64,000 nucleotides of DNA from Actinomycetota bacterium (GTDB taxonomy: Bacteria > Actinomycetota > Acidimicrobiia > Spongiisociales > UBA5794): the NCBI GenBank assembly GCA_030123765.1, contig JASJXX010000002.1, forward strand, positions 459 through 64,458. The letters run 5' to 3'. Position 1 is the stretch's first letter. Each line of letters starts with the position of its first letter. The position numbers and the translations under genes were made by a program. Under the pieces are notes generated by a model. That model was not told where the DNA came from and did no database searches. It worked only from the letters and a program-made list of their open reading frames with translations. Shown here in pieces: positions 50,982 to 60,217 of this stretch.

Positions 50982-51734
50982 ATGCCATGCGGAGTGCTCC
51001 CGATGATTACCCGCAACCCGTCACTCACCGACCAGGTGAAAGCGCACATCAAAGAGCTCATCCTCACCGACGGTTTCGAGGATGCCCGAATCCCCCCCGA
51101 GACGGAGCTCGCCGCCGACCTCGGAGTCAGCCGCACCACCGTCCGCGACGCGCTGAGTCGCCTCCAGAGCGAGGGAGCGATCTATCGCCGTCAGGGCGCA
51201 GGCACCTTTGTCAACCAGCAGGGCCTCCAGATCAAGTCCCGCCTCGAAGACATCTGGTCCTACGAGAAGCTCCTCGAAGACCACGGATTCGAACCGTCGG
51301 TGCGAGTGCTCGCCGCATCCAAGGCTCCCGCCGACTCCCCCACCGCCGAGGCCCTGGGCCTCAACGACGGCGACATGGTGCTGATCATCGAGAAACTCTT
51401 CCTCGAAGACGAGAAGCCGGTCATGCTGACGATCAATCGCATCCCGACCCACTTCCTGAGCGGAACCGACTACGCCGACGATGAGGCGGCCCCGATCTAC
51501 GAGTTTCTCCAGGACCACTGCGACCGCTCACTGAGCTACTACCTCTCAGAGATCATCCCGGTCGCCCTCGACGCCGACACGGCGTCCAAGCTCGGGGTTG
51601 ATCCGGGCACACCGGCGATCTCATTCGACGAGATCGGATTCGACCAATCCAACGAGCCGCTCGTGCGGGCGACGTCACACTTCCGCGATGACCTCCTTCG
51701 GTTCCGGCTCATCCGCAAGAGAAGCGGGGCATGA
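50982..51734 (+). CDS. GntR family transcriptional regulator, HutC subfamily (UTRA effector domain)
   Basis: It has the winged HTH ETELAADLGVSRTTVRDALSRLQSEGAIYRRQGAGTFV followed by a UTRA-like C-terminal domain. The alternative start is ATG 51003. Confidence 0.88.
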   Translation: MPCGVLPMITRNPSLTDQVKAHIKELILTDGFEDARIPPETELAADLGVSRTTVRDALSRLQSEGAIYRRQGAGTFVNQQGLQIKSRLEDIWSYEKLLEDHGFEPSVRVLAASKAPADSPTAEALGLNDGDMVLIIEKLFLEDEKPVMLTINRIPTHFLSGTDYADDEAAPIYEFLQDHCDRSLSYYLSEIIPVALDADTASKLGVDPGTPAISFDEIGFDQSNEPLVRATSHFRDDLLRFRLIRKRSGA

Positions 51735-51775
51735 ACCATCCTCAGCCAGAGTCACGAGCCACAAAGGAGTAGTTG

Positions 51776-52750
51776 ATGCAGACCTATCTGCGGGGCCGCG
51801 ACATGATCACGACCCAGGAGTGGACCAAGGACGAGCTCGACACGGTGATCGATATCGCCCTCGACCTGAAACGCCGACGGGCTCTCGGTGAGCCGCACGC
51901 TCTGCTACGCGACAAGGTCCTCGCGATGTTGTTCTTCTTCTCAAGCACTCGAACCAGAGCAAGCTTTGAGGCCGGCATGGCCCAGCTCGGCGGCCACGCC
52001 ATGTTCCTCGACTCGACGAGCACCCAGATCGGCCACGGCGACACCTGGAAGGAGATCGGAGACATTCTGGGCCGCTACAACGATGGGATCGCCATCCGCC
52101 AGGTCGACTGGGGCATCGGCAACGACTACATCCGCGCCGTTGCGGAGGCCAGCCGCACCCCGGTGCTCAACATGCAGTGCGACTGGTATCACCCCTTCCA
52201 GGCACTTGCGGACCTGCTGACGATCATCGAGCAGAAGGGCGACCCCCGCAAGCTCACCATCAACATGAGCTACGCGTACGCAGCCAGCTATCAGAAGCCC
52301 ATCAGCGTGCCGCAGAGCCTCATCCTGCTCATGACCCGGTACGGCGCGAACGTGCGCCTCACCCATCCGCCGGAGTTCAAGCTCATGCCCGAGATCATCG
52401 CTCAGGCTGAGGAGAATGCCAAGAAATCCCACGGGTCCTTCGAGATCGTCGAAGACTTCGAGGAGGGGATGCGCGGCGCAGACGTCGTCTACGCCAAGGC
52501 GTGGGGTTCGATGCTCACCACCTCTGACCATGAAGAGTCAGCAAAGATCTCGGCGCATTACCAGGACTGGATCGTCGACCCGAGGCGGATGGAGATGGCC
52601 CACGAGGATGCCATCTACATGCATCCGCTCCCGGCCGACCGAAACGTAGAAGTGGCGGACGCCGTCATCGACGGGCCATCAAGCCGCGTGTTCGACCAGG
52701 CCGAGAATCGGCTCCACGTGCAGAAGGCGGTGATGGCGCTCACGATGTGA
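51776..52750 (+). CDS. YgeW-like (knotted) carbamoyltransferase
   Basis: It has SSTRTRASFE. NMQCDWYHPFQALADL matches E. coli YgeW NLQCDIDHPTQSMADL. SYQKPISVPQSLILLMTRYGANVRLTHP matches SYGKPLSVPQGIIGLMTRFGMDVTLAHP. It also has YMHPLPADR. The RBS AAGGAG lies 6 nt before ATG 51776. Confidence 0.8.
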   Translation: MQTYLRGRDMITTQEWTKDELDTVIDIALDLKRRRALGEPHALLRDKVLAMLFFFSSTRTRASFEAGMAQLGGHAMFLDSTSTQIGHGDTWKEIGDILGRYNDGIAIRQVDWGIGNDYIRAVAEASRTPVLNMQCDWYHPFQALADLLTIIEQKGDPRKLTINMSYAYAASYQKPISVPQSLILLMTRYGANVRLTHPPEFKLMPEIIAQAEENAKKSHGSFEIVEDFEEGMRGADVVYAKAWGSMLTTSDHEESAKISAHYQDWIVDPRRMEMAHEDAIYMHPLPADRNVEVADAVIDGPSSRVFDQAENRLHVQKAVMALTM

Positions 52751-52801
52751 GCGCTGTCGTGGATCCGGATCGTTGCGTCTCACCACGAGAGGACGCACGA
52801 G

Positions 52802-53380
<579 letters not shown>

Positions 53381-53433
53381 GGAGATGTGACCATGAGAAG
53401 AGTCGTCGGATATGTCGACGGTACCGACTCGGC

Positions 53434-53673
53434 GTGCGCATCGGTCACGTTCACAAGGTTTACGCCCCCCACGACAGCGTGCCGCCGGGAGGTGTCACCT
53501 ACCAGGACATCTTCCACGTCTGCCGCACCTTCGACACCCCTCTCCTCATTGAAGTCCACAACGGGCTCCGCGACAAGGCGGAGACGCTCGTCGCCGACAT
53601 CCCGGATGTCGTAGAATTCGTGGATCCAGCGGCGATGCTCTCCAAGGTGCGGGACAATCTCGAGAACAAGTAA
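53434..53673 (+). CDS. Hypothetical small protein (79 aa)
   Basis: It has a GTG start, high third-position GC and a protein-like sequence (VTYQDIFHVCRTFDTPLLIEVHNGLRDKAETLVADIPDVVEFVDPAAM). I recognise no family. The overlapping minus-strand ORF looks like a mirror artefact. Confidence 0.4.
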   Translation: MRIGHVHKVYAPHDSVPPGGVTYQDIFHVCRTFDTPLLIEVHNGLRDKAETLVADIPDVVEFVDPAAMLSKVRDNLENK

Positions 53674-53714
53674 CAGACGCTTCGGCGTCCTCAGCGATCC
53701 AGAAAGGGGCGTCG

Positions 53715-54860
53715 ATGCCTCCTCACGCATGGACTGTGCACAACCCGACCGGCAGTCGCCGCGTCATTGTCACGAAGGAGCTCCCCGGGAGCCGGTGGCT
53801 CCACATCCTGACTGCCGCCGACTGTCGTGTGGAGGTCTGCACATCGGATACCGCCCTCACCGTCGATGAGATCGCCGGACAGATCGGTGACTCCTGCGAC
53901 GGAGTGATCGGCCAACTGACCGAAGACTGGAGCGCCGAGCTCTTCGCCATCCTTGCCGCAGCGGGAGCGAAGGCCTACTCGAACTACGCGGTCGGGTACA
54001 ACAACGTCGACGTCAACGGAGCGACGGCTGTAGGCATCCCGGTCGGGAACACGCCGGGCGTTCTCACGGAGACGACGGCGGAGATGGCTGTTGCGCTGAC
54101 CTTCTCGGCCGGTCGCCGTATCTGCGAGGCTGACAGGTTCATGCGCGACGGGAAGTATCACGGCTGGCTCCCGAGCCTGTTCATGGGGAAGCGTTTCCAC
54201 GGTGAAACCGTCGGCATCGTCGGTGCGGGACGGATCGGCGCTGCCTACGGGAGGATGATGGTCGAGGGTCACAAGATGAACCTCGTCTACTTCGATCTGT
54301 ACCCCAACGAGGCGCTCGAGCAGTACGTCAGTGCGTACTCGGCCTTCATCCAGGCCCGGGGAGAGGAACCGGTGACCTGCCGCCGGATCGCGACGATCGA
54401 AGAGCTACTCGCACTCTCAGACATCGTCAGCCTCCACACGGTTCTCGATGACAGCACGCATCATCTCATCAACGCCGAGCGACTGGCAGCGATGAAACCG
54501 GATGCGATCCTCATCAACTCGAGCCGGGGTCCCATCATCGACGAGGCAGCGCTCGTTGCACACTGCCGGACACATCCACAGTTCACCGCAGGCCTTGACG
54601 TGTTCGAAGACGAGCCCGCCATGAAGCCGGGCCTCGCCGATCTCGAGAACGTCGTCATCGTGCCGCACATCGCGTCCGCGTCGAAGTGGACCCGCGAAGG
54701 CATGGCGACCCTCGCGGCAGCGAACGTCGCAGCCATCCTCCAGGGGTACCCCTTGTGGAGCGGTGACGACGTTCTGCCATTCCTCTCGGGTGACGTGCCC
54801 CAAGCGGCGCCGAGTATCGTCAATGCCGTTGAACTCGAACTGCACGAGAAGGGAACCTAG
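53715..54860 (+). CDS. hprA: Hydroxypyruvate/glyoxylate reductase (glycerate dehydrogenase), plant HPR1-like
   Basis: It looks colinear with plant peroxisomal HPR1 from memory. Matching blocks include CDGVIGQLTEDW, YNNVDV, GNTPGVLTETTAE, GWLP, VGIVGAGRIGAAYGRMMVEG, LDVFEDEPAMKPGLADLENVVIVPHIASASKWTREGMATLAA and APSIVN. Confidence 0.85.
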   Translation: MPPHAWTVHNPTGSRRVIVTKELPGSRWLHILTAADCRVEVCTSDTALTVDEIAGQIGDSCDGVIGQLTEDWSAELFAILAAAGAKAYSNYAVGYNNVDVNGATAVGIPVGNTPGVLTETTAEMAVALTFSAGRRICEADRFMRDGKYHGWLPSLFMGKRFHGETVGIVGAGRIGAAYGRMMVEGHKMNLVYFDLYPNEALEQYVSAYSAFIQARGEEPVTCRRIATIEELLALSDIVSLHTVLDDSTHHLINAERLAAMKPDAILINSSRGPIIDEAALVAHCRTHPQFTAGLDVFEDEPAMKPGLADLENVVIVPHIASASKWTREGMATLAAANVAAILQGYPLWSGDDVLPFLSGDVPQAAPSIVNAVELELHEKGT

Positions 54861-54864
54861 AAAA

Positions 54865-56058
54865 ATGCGTATCGCCGATCGTATCGCCGACCTCGGGACC
54901 GAGACCGCATTCGCGGTGTCGGGCGAGGCTGCAACCTTTGCCGCACAAGGGAACCGGGTATATCCCTTCCATCTCGGAGACATCAACCTTCCTACCCCGT
55001 CGACCGTCGTCGAAGGGGCTGAGAAGGCGATCGCGGATGGCAAGACCGGGTACTGCCCGAACGCCGGGATCCCACAGCTCCGCGAAGCCATCGCCTCTAA
55101 CGTCGCTGCCTCCCACAAAACCGATTACACGGCCGAGAACGTCGTGATCCAGCCGGGTGGCAAGCCGACGATCGGTAAGTTCATCCTCACGCTGATGAAC
55201 CCGGGAGACGAGGTGCTCTACCCGAACCCGGGGTACCCCATCTACGAGTCCCAGATCGAGTTCCACGGTGGAGTCGCCGTCCCGTACGGGTATGTCGAGG
55301 GTGTCAAGAACTTCGAGTTGGACTTCGATTCGATCGAGCGTGGCATCACGGAGAAGACCCGCCTCCTGATCCTCAATGACCTGCAGAACCCGATGGGCGC
55401 CGAGTGCTCCATCGAGGAGCACGAACGGCTCGCCGAAATCGTCCGCGCACACGACCTGTACGTCCTCGCCGACGAGGCCTACTTCGACATGCGCTACTCG
55501 GGGGAGAGCACATCCTTCGTTGAGCAGCCCGGCATTGCGGAACGAACTGTCGTGTTGTACACCTTCTCAAAGAAGTTTGCAATGACCGGGTGGCGCCTCG
55601 GTGCGAGCATCGGCCCGAAGGAGATCATGGAGGTAATCGCCAAGATCAATGTCAACGACGAATCCTGCTCGAACCACTTCGTCCAGTACGGCGCTCTCGC
55701 AGGGCTACGCGGGGACCAGAGCGAGGTGCAAGCGATCCTCGACACGCTCGAAGCACGAAGGGACGCGACCGTCAACGGGTTAAACGCGATCGACGGGATC
55801 ACCACGTTCACGCCCGACGCCACCTTCTACCTGTTTCCCAACGTCACCGAGCTGATGGAGCGGAAGAACATCAAGAGCTACGAGGTGTTCCGCCGCGCGG
55901 CCCTCCACGCCACGGGGGTGTCGTTCACCTCCCGGATCCACTTCGGCCGACAGGTCGATGACGAGTCGAACCGATACATCCGCTTCGCCTACTCAGGCAT
56001 CGACGTCGCCGACATCGAAGAGGGCCTCGGCCTCTTCAAGGAGTGGGCAGAGCGGTAG
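54865..56058 (+). CDS. Class I/II PLP-dependent aminotransferase
   Basis: It has the PLP-lysine region YTFSKKFAMTGWRLG, NPGYPIY, and LILNDLQNPMG. It is 397 aa and starts 5 nt after the hprA stop. Confidence 0.85.
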   Translation: MRIADRIADLGTETAFAVSGEAATFAAQGNRVYPFHLGDINLPTPSTVVEGAEKAIADGKTGYCPNAGIPQLREAIASNVAASHKTDYTAENVVIQPGGKPTIGKFILTLMNPGDEVLYPNPGYPIYESQIEFHGGVAVPYGYVEGVKNFELDFDSIERGITEKTRLLILNDLQNPMGAECSIEEHERLAEIVRAHDLYVLADEAYFDMRYSGESTSFVEQPGIAERTVVLYTFSKKFAMTGWRLGASIGPKEIMEVIAKINVNDESCSNHFVQYGALAGLRGDQSEVQAILDTLEARRDATVNGLNAIDGITTFTPDATFYLFPNVTELMERKNIKSYEVFRRAALHATGVSFTSRIHFGRQVDDESNRYIRFAYSGIDVADIEEGLGLFKEWAER

Positions 56059-56068
56059 CCCGAGGGGG

Positions 56069-56656
56069 CTACTCGCTCTGCAGTTCCTCGTAGTCTCGGG
56101 GGGTGTTGATGTCGCGAGGTGCACTCTGCGCCACCGCAACTTTTACCACGCGGTCGTCCTGCGCGTCGACAAGGAGGCGCCACAGCACCTTCTCCCCCAC
56201 CATCGACGCAGCACACTCCACCGCGTCGCGTGACAGAAGGAAAGGGTGGGCGACCCGGTCGCGGTACGCGGCCACCGCTGCCCAGGGTCTCTCCTCCGTC
56301 CAGACCCCGACCATCGTATTGATGACGGTGGTCCGAACCTGGGGCAGATCGCCCGCCACGAGCAGGAATGCGGCGGCGTCAGGATCCGCGGTAGTCGCCG
56401 TGAGGAGTGACGACATGTTCCCACGGCGGTAGTCCGGATTCGTCACGACCGTCACGGAGACGGCCTTGATCGACGCTTCGACCATCTCTGCATCGCACCC
56501 GGTGACGACGATCACCCTGTCAAGCATGCTCGCCTGGACCGCATCAATCGTCGCGTTGAGTACCGTCGTCCCCTGGTACTCCAGCGTGAGCTTCGATGCT
56601 GCCATCCGCGTCGAGGCGCCTGCGGCGAGAACGACCCCGACGATTGGACGCGGCAT
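56069..56656 (-). CDS. mocA: Molybdenum cofactor cytidylyltransferase (MocA-like nucleotidyltransferase)
   Basis: It has VVLAAGASTRM, matching the MobA/MocA NTP_transf_3 fold. It is the last gene of the Mo-hydroxylase operon. Confidence 0.8.
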   Translation of the reverse strand: MPRPIVGVVLAAGASTRMAASKLTLEYQGTTVLNATIDAVQASMLDRVIVVTGCDAEMVEASIKAVSVTVVTNPDYRRGNMSSLLTATTADPDAAAFLLVAGDLPQVRTTVINTMVGVWTEERPWAAVAAYRDRVAHPFLLSRDAVECAASMVGEKVLWRLLVDAQDDRVVKVAVAQSAPRDINTPRDYEELQSE

Positions 56657-58876
56657 TCAGACCCCGACAATGTCGGTAGGGAGCACCGGAACCCTCGTCA
56701 GTGATCTACCCGTCGCCGCTCGAATAGCCGCGACGATCGCCGGTGTCGAACTGATCGTGGGTGACTCCGCTATCCCCTTCGCCCCGAAGGGACCCCAGTG
56801 GTCCCCCTCTTCGATGATCCGGACTTCGACGTCGGGGGCATCGAGGAACGTCGGAATCAGGTAGTCGGTGAACGTCGGATTCCGGATGACACCCCCGTCA
56901 ATGACAAGCTCCTCCATCACCGCGAAGCCCATGCCTTGCATGATGCCACCCTCGAGCTGCCCCACTATCGCCTGAGGATTGAGTGCCCTGCCGACATCCT
57001 GAGCCGTATCGACACGGACCACGCGCACGAGGCCGAGCTCCGGGTCGACGTCCACCACGGCACGGTGGGCAGCGACGACGAACCCGGCGTGGATCTCCCC
57101 CTGGCCGTCGGCGTCAGGCGGGTAGGTCTTCGGATGCCTGAAGCGAACATGACATTCGACGGGGCCATCGCTGCAGATCTCGTTGACCGTCGCGACAAGC
57201 TCGCCCTGTTTGTACACACCATCATCGCGGAGCTCGTCTCCGCCGTGGAGCGAGAGAATCTGATCACGGAGCCCGACGGCAGCATCATGCACGGCGCCCC
57301 CGGTCATCTGGGTCTGACGGGACGCCGAAGTGGACCCGGCCGAACCGATCTGTGAGGTGTCCTTCCATACGACAGCTACTCGATCAACTCCCAGAACGGT
57401 CCGGGCGATCTGCTGGCAGACGGTGACAAGACCCTGTCCCACCTCTATCGCCGCCGTGTGGATCTCGATGCCTGCGGGGGTCATCACCACCCGGGCCTCG
57501 GCGAAATCGTCGAAGCCTTCGGAGAAAGCGAGGTTCTTCAACCCGACGGCGTACCCGACGCCGCGAACGACCGCTGACCGAGGCGTCGTCAACCCCGTCC
57601 CGCCGGGAGCGAGCCGCGGGTCGTCCGAGGGGATCGGATCCGGAATCGGTATCGATTCGAGCGCATCGATCACCGCGACCGTCGGGAGCGAGCCCTGTAT
57701 GACCTGGCCGGACGTGGCAAAGGGGTCGCCGGGAGCGAGCGCGTTGCGCCGCCGGAGTTCGAGGGGAGCGAGGCCGATCGCCTCAGCGAGGCTGTCCATC
57801 TGGCTCTCGGACGCGAAGCAGGCTTGCACCACGCCGAATCCGCGCATCGCACCCGCCGGAGGATTATTCGTTCGGACGACCACCGCATCGATGACGACGT
57901 TGTCGCAACGATACGGGCCAACGCTGAAGAACGCTGCGTTGGCTATGACCGCCGGGCTCGTGTGGGCGTAGGCCCCACCGTCGAGAATCAGCCGTGCCGT
58001 GACCTTCACCAGATTCCCGTCCTCGTCCGCCTCGTGGCGGTACCACATGCGTGACGGGTGCCGCTTCACATGACCGACGAACGACTCAGATCGGTCGTAC
58101 ACCATCTTCACGCTGCGGCCGGTCGCGAGGGCGAGCATGGCGACGTGGATGTGCAGCGAGATGTCCTCCCGCGAGCCGAACGCGCCGCCGATCCCTGCAG
58201 GGTGGCAACGGACCTGATCGGGTTCCAGATCGAGGCATGCGATGATCTGGCGGTGGTCCACGTGGACCCACTGGCTCGTGATGTACAGGTCGAGACCTCC
58301 CTCCCCGTCCGGGATCGCGAATCCCGCCTCAGGTCCGAGCGGCGCCTGATCCTGCGTCGCTGTCTCGTAGAACCCCTCGACGACAACACTCCCCTCTGCC
58401 GTCTCGTCCCCGCGGCGGATCCTCATCTCGCGGAATGTCGAGCCGATCTCCGCAGCTCTCTCAGGATCATCAAGCGGGTCAAGCGGCTCCCACACCGCCA
58501 CGATCGCCGCAGCGGCACGCCTCGCGGTCTCCTCGTCGTCGGCTGCCACTACGGCAACCGGTTCACCCCAATATCTGGCTGTTCCGTCGCAGAGCACAGG
58601 CTGATCCTGCTCCACCTGACCGAACATGGGGCTACCGACCACGTCGTCCTGCGTCAGGACAGCGTGCACGCCGACCATCGCGAGGGCGGGGCCGATGTCA
58701 AGTTCCGTCAGCGTGGCGTGAGCGTGCGGGCTCCGCAGCGTCGCGCCCCACAGCATCCCCGGCGAGGACAGATCGGACGCGAAGGCGAAGTTCCCTGTGA
58801 CCTTCGGCTCTCCGTCCGGCCTCCCGACGCTGGTACCGATGCCCCCCCGTACCCTGGGCAGCGTTCGAGTCGTCAT
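56657..58876 (-). CDS. Xanthine dehydrogenase family, molybdopterin-binding large subunit
   Basis: It is 739 aa with the N-terminal a/b-hammerhead (GRPDGEPKVTGNFAFASD) and the Moco domains GIGGAFGSRED and GPFGAKGIAESP. Confidence 0.9.
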   Translation of the reverse strand: MTTRTLPRVRGGIGTSVGRPDGEPKVTGNFAFASDLSSPGMLWGATLRSPHAHATLTELDIGPALAMVGVHAVLTQDDVVGSPMFGQVEQDQPVLCDGTARYWGEPVAVVAADDEETARRAAAAIVAVWEPLDPLDDPERAAEIGSTFREMRIRRGDETAEGSVVVEGFYETATQDQAPLGPEAGFAIPDGEGGLDLYITSQWVHVDHRQIIACLDLEPDQVRCHPAGIGGAFGSREDISLHIHVAMLALATGRSVKMVYDRSESFVGHVKRHPSRMWYRHEADEDGNLVKVTARLILDGGAYAHTSPAVIANAAFFSVGPYRCDNVVIDAVVVRTNNPPAGAMRGFGVVQACFASESQMDSLAEAIGLAPLELRRRNALAPGDPFATSGQVIQGSLPTVAVIDALESIPIPDPIPSDDPRLAPGGTGLTTPRSAVVRGVGYAVGLKNLAFSEGFDDFAEARVVMTPAGIEIHTAAIEVGQGLVTVCQQIARTVLGVDRVAVVWKDTSQIGSAGSTSASRQTQMTGGAVHDAAVGLRDQILSLHGGDELRDDGVYKQGELVATVNEICSDGPVECHVRFRHPKTYPPDADGQGEIHAGFVVAAHRAVVDVDPELGLVRVVRVDTAQDVGRALNPQAIVGQLEGGIMQGMGFAVMEELVIDGGVIRNPTFTDYLIPTFLDAPDVEVRIIEEGDHWGPFGAKGIAESPTISSTPAIVAAIRAATGRSLTRVPVLPTDIVGV

Positions 58877-59340
58877 GCTCCCTCACTTGTCAGTGCGGTG
58901 AAGGCGCGCAGGATCGCCCCGTATCCAGTGCACCGGCAGATATTGCCAGATAACGCCTCACGAATCTCAGGCTCGGTCGGGTGCGAGTTCGTCTCGAGCA
59001 GATGCACGCCAGTAACGATGAACCCGGGAGTGCAGAAACCACACTGGACGGCACCCTCTGCGAGCATCACCTCCTGGAGTGGGTGCAACTGCGCGCCCTC
59101 CCCGATTCCCTCGACGGTCGTCACTGTCGCGCCGTCGGCGTCCGCCGCCATGACAAGACACGAGCAGACGGCTGCACCGTCGAAGATGACGGTGCATGAT
59201 CCACACTCCCCCTGCTCACACGCGTCCTTCGTACCCGGCAGACCAAGATCGTTACGAAGTGTGTGCAGCAGGCTCTCGGAACCCGCAACATCCACGGAAC
59301 GTCGCTCTCCGTTAACGGTGATCACGATGGGCACGGTCAC
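58873..59340 (-). CDS. [2Fe-2S]-binding small subunit (CoxS/XdhC-iron-sulfur type)
   Basis: All eight Cys ligands are present: CEQGECGSCTV...CSC and CGFCTPG...CRCTGY. The GTG 59340 start overlaps the upstream TGA. Confidence 0.9.
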   Translation of the reverse strand: MTVPIVITVNGERRSVDVAGSESLLHTLRNDLGLPGTKDACEQGECGSCTVIFDGAAVCSCLVMAADADGATVTTVEGIGEGAQLHPLQEVMLAEGAVQCGFCTPGFIVTGVHLLETNSHPTEPEIREALSGNICRCTGYGAILRAFTALTSEGA

Positions 59341-60137
59341 GCGAGACACCGTTCGGCGAGCCTGCGCGCAAGCACCCCCGCAGCGTGACGTCGATACCCC
59401 TCCGTCGATCGGTGATCGGTGATCGGGCGAACCTCCTCCGACACGATCCGGGAGAACTCCTTGAGCGCCTCTTCGGTGATCCTCGCCTCGGCATTGAGCA
59501 TCTCCTCTGCCCTCGTCACCCGTATAGGCGTCGGCGCCACCGATCCGAGAGCAACACGGAAACCGTCGTCGCCGCGCATGACCACGCAACTCACAATGGA
59601 GATGACCATCGCGTTGCGAGTCCCGACCTTGGCGAACTCCTGAGCCGTAGGGACGTCATCGGGAATAGCGACACCGGTGACCACCTCGTCAGGTTCGAGC
59701 GAGGTGTGTTTGACACCGGTGAAGAACTCGTTCCAGGGAATGACTCGCTCGCCACGCTCCTTCGATCGGACAACGATTCGGGCATTCGCGGCAGCGATCC
59801 AGGGAAGGCCGTCACCAGCCGGGCTCGCGGTCGCGACGTTGCCTCCAATCGTTGCAACGGCACGGATCTGCGGCGAGCCGATGGTCCGGGCAGCCTGAGC
59901 GAGAGCGCCGTGATCCGAGCCCTCGAGTCGGGCCCAGGTAACGCCGGCTCCGATACGGTTCGATGTCATCTCCCTGAGCTCTTCTACGCGTCGCAGGGAG
60001 ATGACCCGCGACGGCCGGCGGTGGGCGATGTTCACCTCCACCATGAGGTCGGTCCCGCCGGCGAGGAGCTGCGCGTCGGGTCGTTGAGCCTTCGCTGCGA
60101 GCGTTTCGTCGAGATTCCGGGCAGCGAGAAAGTCCAT
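59337..60137 (-). CDS. FAD-binding subunit of molybdopterin dehydrogenase (CoxM-like)
   Basis: It has LLAGGTDLMVEVN and ATIGGNVATASPAGD (FAD_binding_5). The start is ATG 60137 (MDFLAARNLDE). Confidence 0.88.
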   Translation of the reverse strand: MDFLAARNLDETLAAKAQRPDAQLLAGGTDLMVEVNIAHRRPSRVISLRRVEELREMTSNRIGAGVTWARLEGSDHGALAQAARTIGSPQIRAVATIGGNVATASPAGDGLPWIAAANARIVVRSKERGERVIPWNEFFTGVKHTSLEPDEVVTGVAIPDDVPTAQEFAKVGTRNAMVISIVSCVVMRGDDGFRVALGSVAPTPIRVTRAEEMLNAEARITEEALKEFSRIVSEEVRPITDHRSTEGYRRHAAGVLARRLAERCLA

Positions 60138-60217
60138 GACCGTACCGTAGCCCGCGGCCCGCTGCCACTTGTCCGTCGCCCGTGGCCGGCGAAGGGCTCC
60201 CGCTGCTCCTCTCCCCG

